Assembly: GCA_046563655.1 (NCBI GenBank)
Contig: JAJCTO010000017.1
Span: 62,001 to 126,000 of the forward strand
Direction of reading: 5' to 3'
DNA: 64,000 bases
DNA from: Yuukianura sp. NJ FZ-2021
Lineage: Eukaryota
The notes under the pieces were generated by a model, which did not search any database, had not been told where the DNA came from, and worked only from the letters and a program-made list of their open reading frames with translations. Of the stretch, positions 10,148 through 20,100 are shown piece after piece; positions within the stretch are counted from its first letter, which is position 1; each line of letters starts with the position of its first letter. The position numbers were made by a program, and so were the translations under genes.

Positions 10148-10929
10148 TGATTTTTTGGTGAAAAATTGAGCTTGGAACACTTCAGATGGGCTTTCAGAAG
10201 CATAATTTCGGTTTGCAATTTTGACTCCTCAGATAGCCCAGAATGACTTTTTGAAGAGTATTTAATGAAAAAAATGATTTTTTGGTGAAAAATTGAGTCT
10301 GGAACACTTCAGATGGGCTTTCACAAGCATAATTTCGGTTTGCAGTTTTGACTCCTCAGATAGCCCAGAATGACTTTTTGGTGAGTTTTAAATGAAAAAA
10401 AAAATGGATTTTTCGGAGAAAAAGTGAGCGTGGAACACTTCAGATGGGCTTTCACAAGCATAATTTCGGTTTGCAGTTTTGACTCCTCAGATAGCCCAGA
10501 ATGACTTTTTGGTGAGTTTTAAATGAAAAAAATGGATTTTACGGAGAAAAATTGAGCTTGGAACACTTCAGATGGGCTTTCACAAGCATAATTTCGTTTT
10601 GCAATTTTGACAACTCAGATAGCCCAGAATTACTTTTTGAAGAGTATTTAATGAAAAAAAAAATGATTTTTTGGTGAAAAATTGAGTCTGGAACACTTCA
10701 GATGTACTTTCACAAGCATAATTTCGGTTTGCAGTTTTGACTCCTCAGATAGCCCAGAATGACTTTTTGGTGAGTTTTAAATGAAAAAAATGGATTTTAC
10801 GGAGAAAAATTGAGCTTGGAACACTTCAGATGGGCTTTCAGAAGCATAATTTCGGTTTGCAATTTTGACTCCTCAGATAGCCCAGAATGACCTTTTGAAG
10901 AGTATTTAATGAAAAAAATGATTTTTTGG
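10148..10929. repeat. 128-bp satellite array (continued)
   Basis: About 6 monomers, same orientation. Confidence 0.97.
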
Positions 10930-11134
10930 TGTAGAAAATGTTCATTCATTTTTACTATTACAAACAAAATCTATTGGTATTTAGTTCAAGTAACTTAGTT
11001 TGCCTTGAGAAAGACAAATGCCTCTTAAAGGTATTTGTCAAGTAATCATCTTTCAATTCTATAATTGAGAGCGATCAATAAACTTTTAGTCAGTCTGTAA
11101 AAAGATTGAGAACTTAAAAGTTCATTTCTGAACA
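10930..11134 (+). repeat. 5' LTR of Copia element
   Basis: TGTAGAAAATG...TTCTGAACA; contains AATAAA; 7 differences from the 3' LTR by manual count. Confidence 0.95.
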
Positions 11135-11148
11135 CGTTTTCAGCACGA
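11135..11148 (+). other. Primer binding site, probably for a tRNA-Ile half molecule
   Basis: CGTTTTCAGCACGA directly follows the LTR with no TGG. It resembles the complement of a tRNA-Ile anticodon arm (TCGTGCT[I]ATAACG). Confidence 0.55.
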
Positions 11149-11240
11149 GAAACAAGTGATCTTTTTCTTTAACAGAAAACAGATTGAAATCTAAAGGTTT
11201 TTGAGTAACACTTTTAACGAGTGAAAGTCAAAATTGTGAA

Positions 11241-13013
11241 ATGGCATCTAACTCTGGTTCATCGTCAAATATGACAATTTACCAAACACGAAAGTTTGAC
11301 ACAGCGTCAATCACCAAGTTGAATGGTGATAATTATCGGGTTTGGCGGATGAGGCTGACTAGTCTCTTTGAAACTCATAAAGTGATGGACATTGTGGATG
11401 GTTCCAAAGTGAGACCAACGACTTCCGGGGCTGAGCAAGAAAAATGGGACCTTGGAAACAACGAAGCAGTCACTACGATGCTTCTGAGCATGGCCGATAC
11501 AGAGGTAGACTCTGTTTCGGGCTGTAAAACGGCAGCTCAAATATGGACTAAATTATCATCAATCTACGAGAGCGTAAGTGGGGAATCTAAGCAAGCCCTC
11601 TGGCAGAAATATTACGGTGTTTCTACGGGCCCCGGGAAAAATGCTCTGAAAGCGATGATAGAGATCCAAAATTATGCATCCCAATTACGGTCAATTGGAG
11701 CGACGGTAGAAGAAGATTCTGAGGTGGCCCGAATCCTCTCGAGTCTTGTCGAAGACAAGTATCGCCATTTCCGCGAGGCATGGCGATCAGTGGACACTAA
11801 GAAGCAGACCACTGCTCTCCTCCTTTCTCGTCTAAAAACGCTAGAATTGGAGGAGGTGGAGACCAAAAATGCCAAAAAGGACTTGGGAGAAAGTTCAAAA
11901 GCTTTCACTGTCAATAAGCAGAGAAAGCAGATGAAATCCAAAGAAGAAATGGATGAGCTGAAAAAGCGTACTAAATGCCACGTTTGTAAGTCACTTGGGC
12001 ACTGGAAAAGTGAGTGCCCAGAAAAAGCAAAAACCCAGCGTCCGACTGATCCTGCCAAGAAAAATGGTGAAAGTCCAAAAGGAGCTTACATGGCCGGAGG
12101 GGGTTTTTTGGAAAACGACTGGATCAACGACTCAGGAGCGGATCGACATTATTGTGGTCGCCGTGAATGGTTTTTTGAATACGAAAAGTATTCAAAACCA
12201 AGACCTGTCACTATTGCCGATAATTCAACGATGGATGCTATTGGCGTGGGGAAAGTGAGAGTGAAAGCCCTGATCAAAAATCAGTGGCGGGAAATTGAAA
12301 TACACAATGTCGTGCATATTCCGGGTGGGGCAAACCTTCTGTCGGAAAACGTTCTTCTCCAGAAGGGATTTAAAGTGAGTAAATCTCACGGTAAAATTAC
12401 GTATTTTCGAGAAGGAGAGGAGGACATCCAGGCTGAACAGAAGGATGGAGTTCAAGTGATGTTGTTTAGACCTGTTCCAAACCAAGCCTTAGCCTGTGTA
12501 AAACAAGCTATTTGGCATAAGAGACTCGCCCATGTGAATTGCGAATTTTTGAAGAAAACCGCAGAAAAACAGGCAGTTTACGGTCTGGAAAATATGAAAT
12601 TAGAAAAAGTGGTGTGCGAATCTTGTCTTCTGGCGAAGTCAACCCAACAAAGCTACAAAACCACTGAAAAACAACGAGATTACGCTGTTGGTGAATGCCT
12701 ACACGCTGACCTTGCCCACGCCACTGCATTTTCACACAGAGGAAATAAGTACTTTCTCGTGGTGAAAGACGAAGGAAGCAGTTTCCGCCAGGTTTACCTT
12801 CAGAAAACGAAGGATCAAACCGTAAACAACATGAAAGACGCAATCAACTTCATTTCCAACCAAACCGGAAATTCGGTGAAAATTTTTCGATCCGATAATG
12901 GCTCAGAATTCTGCACAGGAGTTTTAAGGACTTTCTCTCAGAAAAAGGGATTCAGTTTGGGCTTAACGCTCCATACACAAGCCAAAGTAATGGGTTTGTT
13001 GAAAGGGAAGTGA
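11241..13013 (+). CDS. gag-pol: Copia Gag, protease and integrase N-terminal part (frameshift at ~12915-12925)
   Basis: KLNGDNYRVW, CCHC knuckle CHVCKSLGHWKSEC, protease WINDSGA, WHKRLAH..CESC, HADL, RSDNGSEF. Confidence 0.93.
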   Translation: MASNSGSSSNMTIYQTRKFDTASITKLNGDNYRVWRMRLTSLFETHKVMDIVDGSKVRPTTSGAEQEKWDLGNNEAVTTMLLSMADTEVDSVSGCKTAAQIWTKLSSIYESVSGESKQALWQKYYGVSTGPGKNALKAMIEIQNYASQLRSIGATVEEDSEVARILSSLVEDKYRHFREAWRSVDTKKQTTALLLSRLKTLELEEVETKNAKKDLGESSKAFTVNKQRKQMKSKEEMDELKKRTKCHVCKSLGHWKSECPEKAKTQRPTDPAKKNGESPKGAYMAGGGFLENDWINDSGADRHYCGRREWFFEYEKYSKPRPVTIADNSTMDAIGVGKVRVKALIKNQWREIEIHNVVHIPGGANLLSENVLLQKGFKVSKSHGKITYFREGEEDIQAEQKDGVQVMLFRPVPNQALACVKQAIWHKRLAHVNCEFLKKTAEKQAVYGLENMKLEKVVCESCLLAKSTQQSYKTTEKQRDYAVGECLHADLAHATAFSHRGNKYFLVVKDEGSSFRQVYLQKTKDQTVNNMKDAINFISNQTGNSVKIFRSDNGSEFCTGVLRTFSQKKGFSLGLTLHTQAKVMGLLKGK

Positions 13014-13255
13014 GAATTGAGCGAGAAGCGGCAAGAGCAATGCTAATTGAATCGGGATTGGGCGAGGAACACTGGGATGATGCGATTATTACAGCATGTT
13101 ATGTTTTGAATCGAACCTTATCCTCTAAAAATCGGGAGAAAACCCCGTTTGAATTAATTTTCAAGAAAAAGCCATCACTTCATCATGTTCGTGTTTTTGG
13201 GTCAAAAGCCTTTGCGCATGTCATGACTGGAGGGGAAGAAGAAGTGGGAAGCTAA
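13010..13255 (+). CDS. pol: Copia integrase C-terminal fragment (this frame extends upstream to ~12925: KGIQFGLNAPYTSQSNGFVER)
   Basis: ARAML, W.DA..TACYVLNR, TPFE, RVFGS. Confidence 0.85.
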   Translation: MRIEREAARAMLIESGLGEEHWDDAIITACYVLNRTLSSKNREKTPFELIFKKKPSLHHVRVFGSKAFAHVMTGGEEEVGS

Positions 13256-13259
13256 GTCG

Positions 13260-14447
13260 GTGGAGTGTATTTTGGTTGGGTTTAACGCCTCAAACAAAAA
13301 TTTCATCCCTTATGTACCAGCAGAAGGAAGGTACATCGAACAGGCGAAACACGTTCAATTCATTGAAACTATGGAAAAAGCTGTTCAAAAAGAAAGTGAA
13401 GCTGCGATTGAACAAAATGTAAAATCTTGTTCGACAAATGACGATGAAATGCAGTACTTAGATGAGGACAACTTAATTCCTTTTGGTTCACTTTCAATTG
13501 AAGAATTTCTTTCAAAAGAAGAGAATCCTTCTGAAAAAGGTTTAAGTCCCTCCCCCAAAAGGCCGAATCCAACAGTAAAAAGTGGAAACCAGAGCGATCA
13601 TGAGTCATCCCAGAGGAGTTGGGCAGAAGAAATTGAGGATGAGGAGGACGAAGGTCCAGTGGGACAGCGGAGATCCACAAGAATTAAAAAGCCTGTGGAG
13701 AGATTTCAAGCTGGATTCTCCGCCCTTTATGGAAATCGAATTTCGGAGCCTTCGAATTTTCAAGAAGCGATGAATTCTGACAATTCTGCCGAATGGACAG
13801 ACGCTATGGAGGCGGAGTTGCGCAGTCAACAGGAAAGTGAGACTTGGGTTCTTGTAAAAAGGCCCAACAAGACAAGAATACTTAAAAACCGATGGGTTTT
13901 TAAAGTAAAGAATAATCCGGACGGATCCTTGAATAAATTCAAAGCCCGGCTTGTGGTGAAAGGTTTTCACCAGATTCAAGGAGTGGACTATGAGGAGACA
14001 TTTGCGCCAGTATGCAGGTACGAGACCGTGAGAATCATGTTGAGTCTCGCAGCGGCGGAAGCGTGGGATGTTAAGCAACTTGACATCGCCACTGCTTTCC
14101 TCAACAGCCCGTTAAATGAAGAGTTATTCATGGAACAACCTCAGGGGTTTGAAATTGGTGACGGACTTGTTTGCAAATTACAACGCGGACTTTATGGGTT
14201 GAAGCAAGGCCCGCGTGCATGGAATGTGACCATCAATGCAAAATTGGTGGAAATGGGATTTCAAGCACTGGAAAGTGACCCGTGTGTGTACAAAAAGGAA
14301 AGGAAAAAGTCAGTGACCTTTATTGTACTGTTCGTTGATGATGGCCTAGTTCTTGGTGATTCATCAGAGGAAAATGAAGAAGAAGTGAAGGAGCTAGCAA
14401 AACATTCAAAGTCTCCATGCAGCCACTCGATAAATTTCTTGGAATAG
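13260..14447 (+). CDS. pol: Copia integrase tail, linker and reverse transcriptase
   Basis: EPSNFQEA, RWVFKVK, KARLVVKGF.Q, ETFAPV, LDIATAFL, LYGLKQ, FVDD. Confidence 0.92.
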   Translation: MECILVGFNASNKNFIPYVPAEGRYIEQAKHVQFIETMEKAVQKESEAAIEQNVKSCSTNDDEMQYLDEDNLIPFGSLSIEEFLSKEENPSEKGLSPSPKRPNPTVKSGNQSDHESSQRSWAEEIEDEEDEGPVGQRRSTRIKKPVERFQAGFSALYGNRISEPSNFQEAMNSDNSAEWTDAMEAELRSQQESETWVLVKRPNKTRILKNRWVFKVKNNPDGSLNKFKARLVVKGFHQIQGVDYEETFAPVCRYETVRIMLSLAAAEAWDVKQLDIATAFLNSPLNEELFMEQPQGFEIGDGLVCKLQRGLYGLKQGPRAWNVTINAKLVEMGFQALESDPCVYKKERKKSVTFIVLFVDDGLVLGDSSEENEEEVKELAKHSKSPCSHSINFLE

Positions 14448-15961
14448 AAATCAAAAAGAATGAAAAAGGAATTTTCATACACCAGCAAAAATACATCAAA
14501 GATACTCTTCTGCGATTTAAAATGTCAGAGTGCAAAACTGCTGACATTCCAATGAACCCAGGACTACAATTGGAAGCCAGTCGATCCGCTGACACCAATT
14601 ATGAATTTCGAGAGCTAATTGGGTCGCTTCTATTTTTGGCCCGATGTACTCGGCCTGACATCGCGTATCCAGTGCACTATTTGGCAAGATTTTTTTCAAA
14701 TTTCGAAAAGTCACATTTTGATGCAGCCAAGAAAATACTGCAGTACCTAAAAGGAACCATGGACCTTGGAATTCATTACGAAAGGTCAGAAGAAGGTCAA
14801 ATCATTTTTGGCTTTGTTGACGCCGATTATGGGTCCGACAAAAATTCGCGAAAATCGACGACCGGATGCTTGTTCACTGCCAATGGTTCGCCAATCGTTT
14901 GGATTAGCAAGCGTCAAACCTGTATTGCACTTTCAAGCACTGAAAGTGAATACATAGCCTTGGCCCACGCAGGGAAAGAAGCTATTTGGGTCACGCGGAT
15001 GTTTAGAGAATGTGGAATTACAGGAGCAATTGAAGATGGAATTTGTCTTAAGACAGATTCTCAGAGCGCGATAAAACTCGCGCGTTATCCTGAATACCAC
15101 GACAAAACTAAACATATCGACATCAGGCACCACTACATAAGATGGCTGGTGGAACGGAAACTCGTCAGTCTTGAACATCTTCCAGATCAAGCACAACCTG
15201 CTGATATCTTAACCAAATCAGTTCCAAAAGCAACTTTTGTCAAAAAGAGGTATCTGATGGGAATGGAGACTAATCCGAGTGAAAGTTCCAAGCGAAAAGC
15301 ACTGTCGAGTGTAGTAGTAGTTCCTAAAAGACCAAATGTGGCACTTAGCATTTTGAGTCTCATGCTCACTGTCTTAACGATAGGTGGAGCCACCGACGTC
15401 TACAAAACCGGTAGTCCGGTTTTATGGAGAAAAAGCCTTGATCCAGTGATCACAGGTTTCCAGGCGGTCACGATGAAAACTAAATTAATTTCTCCGTGTG
15501 ACCTAATGCCCTTAACGGGCATTGATCCACTCTTAGCCAATTTCATGAAAGAACGTTGTGAAAAGAGTTACGAAGAGATTTTTTTGAACAACCTTGAAAA
15601 GATCTGTCCCAGAAAGGCAGAAGTCGGCAAGAAAAACAAACGGGAAATTTTTTTGGCAATTGGCTTTGTCCTTATTGTGGCTTTAGCAAGCGTCGGCATT
15701 GGACTGGGCGGCTTTGCTGTTTCCAGGACTTATGAAATTGAAACAAAGGTCGACGAATTAAAGGAAGCCCTCAACGAGCTCGAAAGAAAAGTCTTTGTAA
15801 ATGAAAAAGAGATCGAAATCCTGCAAAAGGAAATTCGAAAACTGGCCTCAGAAGTTGACAAATTGGGAAACGATTTTTCACTGTTCCGAGAGGAGGTGGT
15901 GGAATTACAGTACATAATTTCTCACCTCATCAACAGATTTATGGAGGGAAACGGACCCTGA
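14417..15961 (+). CDS. pol: Copia RT C-terminus and RNase H fused in-frame to the N-terminal half of an env-like protein
   Basis: TRPDI, VDADY, SSTESEY, DSQSA, KHIDIR, ADILTK. With no stop, the frame continues into a hydrophobic signal-like segment, KKNKR followed by a hydrophobic peptide, and a heptad repeat. Confidence 0.9.
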   Translation: MQPLDKFLGIEIKKNEKGIFIHQQKYIKDTLLRFKMSECKTADIPMNPGLQLEASRSADTNYEFRELIGSLLFLARCTRPDIAYPVHYLARFFSNFEKSHFDAAKKILQYLKGTMDLGIHYERSEEGQIIFGFVDADYGSDKNSRKSTTGCLFTANGSPIVWISKRQTCIALSSTESEYIALAHAGKEAIWVTRMFRECGITGAIEDGICLKTDSQSAIKLARYPEYHDKTKHIDIRHHYIRWLVERKLVSLEHLPDQAQPADILTKSVPKATFVKKRYLMGMETNPSESSKRKALSSVVVVPKRPNVALSILSLMLTVLTIGGATDVYKTGSPVLWRKSLDPVITGFQAVTMKTKLISPCDLMPLTGIDPLLANFMKERCEKSYEEIFLNNLEKICPRKAEVGKKNKREIFLAIGFVLIVALASVGIGLGGFAVSRTYEIETKVDELKEALNELERKVFVNEKEIEILQKEIRKLASEVDKLGNDFSLFREEVVELQYIISHLINRFMEGNGP

Positions 15962-15977
15962 AAGAGACTGGCTCGGC

Positions 15978-16970
15978 TTGGCACAGAGGAAGCTTACCGC
16001 TGACCTCTTCGAATATCTCAACTTTACCCTGCCCTGTGGTGACGAGTGCCCAATCGAGTATGGGATTTGTCATCACTGTGAAATGAGTCATGCCAGGGAC
16101 GAGATTGTCATGGAATTCGCATTACCCTCTGTCAACAAAAGTCTCACACGCGTCGAAGCAGATCCGTTCACTCTGATGCTCAAAAACAAAACTCATACTT
16201 GTGAGTTGAAATACGCTGGACCAACGTTAGCCACAGTGTCAGTAGATGATGACTGTGTGTATGAAACCCACAAGGAGCGACCAAGGAGCAACCTGGAATT
16301 GGCTACACTTTCGAATTGCAAAAACAGTTCGTCGTTTAAAGCTGTAGACCATTACTTTAAACTGGATGGATGTCGTTTACCGGGAGACGGTGACACGAAA
16401 GAATTCATTCAAGTTAAGTTCAACGATAACGAATACTACATTTACTGCTCAGGAAGACAGTATTCCATAAAGAAGCGGAACATCGAGTGTCTTCCGAACG
16501 TATTCTCTCTGCCGTTGTCGCTGACGTTTCACCTGAATGATGTCGAATACAAGGGAAACGTTCTTCAAATGATTTTTAGGGAGCGGGAAGACCCTTTCCT
16601 AAAAGATCATATTAATTGGCATCTCAACCCCCACATTAATTGGAAAAATATATCTGGGGAGTTGGACGCATTTTGGAATGACAACAAGCGGAACATCGAG
16701 GAGGAATCTAAAACTGTAAAAGTTTTTGAATTCCATCGCCATGCTGCTGCTAACTGGACCTGGATACTTGGGGGGACAGTCACTGGAATTCTGCTTGGAA
16801 TTTTGACAGCAATTCTTGTGCGCAGGCGCTGCGCAAAGAAGAAGAGCGGGAAACGTGTAAAGGCTGATTCCAAAAAGGAGCGGGAGGAGATCCCTCTTCA
16901 AGAAGTGGAAAAACCAGCCGGAGATGAAGAGGATCACAGTGGAACTCACCACTGCATTATTATACAATAG
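15978..16970 (+). CDS. env: env-like glycoprotein, C-terminal half (Cys-rich ectodomain, TM anchor, basic cytoplasmic tail)
   Basis: Many Cys, N-glycosylation sequons (NFT, NKS, NKT, NSS, NIS, NWT), TM segment WILGGTVTGILLGILTAILV followed by RRRCAKKK; ends 18 bp before the 3' LTR. Confidence 0.8.
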   Translation: MAQRKLTADLFEYLNFTLPCGDECPIEYGICHHCEMSHARDEIVMEFALPSVNKSLTRVEADPFTLMLKNKTHTCELKYAGPTLATVSVDDDCVYETHKERPRSNLELATLSNCKNSSSFKAVDHYFKLDGCRLPGDGDTKEFIQVKFNDNEYYIYCSGRQYSIKKRNIECLPNVFSLPLSLTFHLNDVEYKGNVLQMIFREREDPFLKDHINWHLNPHINWKNISGELDAFWNDNKRNIEEESKTVKVFEFHRHAAANWTWILGGTVTGILLGILTAILVRRRCAKKKSGKRVKADSKKEREEIPLQEVEKPAGDEEDHSGTHHCIIIQ

Positions 16971-16988
16971 GATTTAGTTTGAAGGGGA

Positions 16989-17193
16989 TGTAGAAAATGT
17001 TCATTCATTTTTACTATTACAAACAAAATCTATTGGTATTTAGTTCAAGTAACTTAGTTTGCCTTGAAGAAGACAAATGCCTCTTAAAGGTATTTGTCAT
17101 GTAATCATCTTTCAATTCTATAATTGAGAGCGATGAATAAACATTTAGTTAGTCTGTAAAAAGATTGAGAACTGAAAAGTTCATTTCTGAACA
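16989..17193 (+). repeat. 3' LTR of Copia element (PPT GAAGGGGA at 16981-16988)
   Basis: Direct repeat of 10930-11134. Confidence 0.95.
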
Positions 17194-20100
17194 TTTGGTG
17201 AAAAATTGAGTCTGGAACACTTCAGATGGGCTTTCACAAGCATAATTTCGGTTTGCAGTTTTGACTCCTCAGATAGCCCAGAATGACTTTTTGGTGAGTT
17301 TTAAATAAAAAAAATGGATTTCTCGAAGAAAATTGAGCTTGGAACACTTCAGATGGGCTTTCACAAGCATAATTTCGTTTTGCAATTTTGACATCTCAGA
17401 TAGCCCAGAATGACTTTTTGAAGAGTATTTAATGAAAAAAATGATTTTTTGGTGAAAAATTGAGTCTGGAACACTTCAGATGGGCTTTCACAAGCATAAT
17501 TTCGTTTTGCAATTTTGACATCTCAGATAGCCCAGAATTACTTTTTGAAGAGTATTTAATGAAAAAAATGATTTTTTGGTGAAAAATTGAGCTTGGAACA
17601 CTTCAGATGGGCTTTCAGAAGCATAATTTCGGTTTGCAATTTTGACTCCTCAGATAGCCCAGAATGACCTTTTGAAGAGTATTTAATGAAAAAAAATGAT
17701 TTTTTGGTGAAAAATTGAGTCTGGAACACTTCAGATGGGCTTTCACAAGCATAATTTCGGTTTGCAGTTTTGACTCCTCAGATAGCCCAGAATGACTTTT
17801 TGGTGAGTTTTAAATGAAAAAAAAATGGATTTTTCGGAGAAAAAGTGAGCGTGGAACACTTCAGATGGGCTTTCACAAGCATAATTTCGTTTTGCAATTT
17901 TGACATCTCAGATAGCCCAGAATTACTTTTTGAAGAGTATTTAATGAAAAAAATGATTTTTTGGTGAAAAATTGAGTCTGGAACACTTCAGATGGGCTTT
18001 CACAAGCATAATTTCGGTTTGCAATTTTGACTCCTCAGATAGCCCAGAATGACTTTTTGGTGAGTTTTAAATGAAAAAAATGGATTTTTCGGAGAAAAAG
18101 TGAGCGTGGAACACCTCAGATGGGCTTTCAGAAGCATAATTTCGGTTTGCAATTTTGACTCCTCAGATAGCCCAGAATGACTTTTTGGTGAGTTTTAAAT
18201 GAAAAAAAAATGGATTTTTCGGAGAAAAAGTGAGCGTGGAACACCTCAGATGGGCTTTCACAAGCATAATTTCGGTTTGCAGTTTTGACTCCTCAGATAG
18301 CCCAGAATGACTTTTTGGTGAGTTTTAAATAAAAAAAATGGATTTCTCGAAGAAAATTGAGCTTGGAACACTTCAGATGGGCTTTCACAAGCATAATTTC
18401 GGTTTTGCAATTTTGACATCTCAGATAGCCCAGAATGACTTTTTGAAGAGTATTTAATGAAAAAAATGATTTTTTGGTGAAAAATTGAGTCTGGAACACT
18501 TCAGATGGGCTTTCACAAGCATAATTTCGGTTTGCAGTTTTGACTCCTCAGATAGCCCAGAATGACTTTTTGAAGAGTATTTAATGAAAAAAATGATTTT
18601 TTGGTGAAAAATTGAGCTTGGAACACTTCAGATGGGCTTTCAGAAGCATAATTTCGGTTTGCAATTTTGACTCCTCAGATAGCCCAGAATGACCTTTTGA
18701 AGAGTATTTAATGAAAAAAAAATGATTTTTTGGTGAAAAATTGAGTCTGGAACACTTCAGATGGGCTTTCACAAGCATAATTTCGGTTTGCAGTTTTGAC
18801 TCCTCAGATAGCCCAGAATGACTTTTTGGTGAGTTTTAAATGAAAAAAAATGGATTTTTCGGAGAAAATTGAGCTTGGTACACCTCAGATGGGCTTTCAG
18901 AAGTATAATTTTGGTTTTGCAATTTTGACATCTCAGATAGCCCAGAATTACTTTTTGAAGAGTATTTAATGAAAAAAATGATTTTTTGGTGAAAAATTGA
19001 GTCTGGAACACTTCAGATGGGCTTTCACAAGCATAATTTCGGTTTGCAGTTTTGACTCCTCAGATAGCCCAGAATGACTTTTTGGTGAGTTTTAAATGAA
19101 AAAAAATGGATTTTTCGGAGAAAAATTGAGTTTGGAACACCTCAGATGGGCTTTCAGAAGCATAATTTCGGTTTGCAATTTTGACTCCTCAGATAGCCCA
19201 GAATGACTTTTTGGTGAGTTTTAAATGAAAAAAATGGATTTTTCGGAGAAAAAGTGAGCGTGGAACACCTTCAGATGGTCTTTCACAAGCATAATTTCGG
19301 TTTGCAGTTTTGACTCCTCAGATAGCCCAGAATGACTTTTTGGTGAGTTTTAAATAAAAAAAATGGATTTCACGAAGAAAATTGAGCTTGGAACACTTCA
19401 GATGGGCTTTCACAAGCATAATTTCGGTTTGCAATTTTGACATCTCAGATAGCCCAGAATGACTTTTTGAAGAGTATTTAATGAAAAAAATGATTTTTTG
19501 GTGAAAAATTGAGTCTGGAACACTTCAGATGGGCTTTCACAAGCATAATTTCGGTTTGCAATTTTGACTCCTCAGATAGCCCAGAATGACTTTTTGAAGA
19601 GTATTTAATGAAAAAAATGATTTTTTGGTGAAAAATTGAGCTTGGAACACTTCAGATGGGCTTTCAGAAGCATAATTTCGGTTTGCAATTTTGACTCCTC
19701 AGATAGCCCAGAATGACCTTTTGAAGAGTATTTAATGAAAAAAATGATTTTTTGGTGAAAAATTGAGTCTGGAACACTTCAGATGGGCTTTCACAAGCAT
19801 AATTTCGGTTTGCAGTTTTGACTCCTCAGATAGCCCAGAATGACTTTTTGGTGAGTTTTAAATGAAAAAAATGGATTTTTCGGAGAAAAATTGAGCGTGG
19901 AACACTTCGGATGGGCTTTCACAAGCATAATTTCGGTTTTGCAATTTTGACATCTCAGATAGCCCAGAATGACTTTTTGAAGAGTATTTAATGAAAAAAA
20001 TGATTTTTTGGTGAAAAATTGAGTCTGGAACACTTCAGATGGGCTTTCACAAGCATAATTTCGGTTTGCAGTTTTGACTCCTCAGATAGCCCAGAATGAC

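Larger units (their letters stand above)
10930..17193 (+). mobile_element. Ty1/Copia LTR retrotransposon with env-like gene, structurally complete
   Basis: 205-bp TG...CA LTRs, 5-bp TSD TTTGG (10925-10929 and 17194-17198), domain order Gag-PR-IN-RT-RH, followed by an env-like region and a PPT. Confidence 0.96.
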
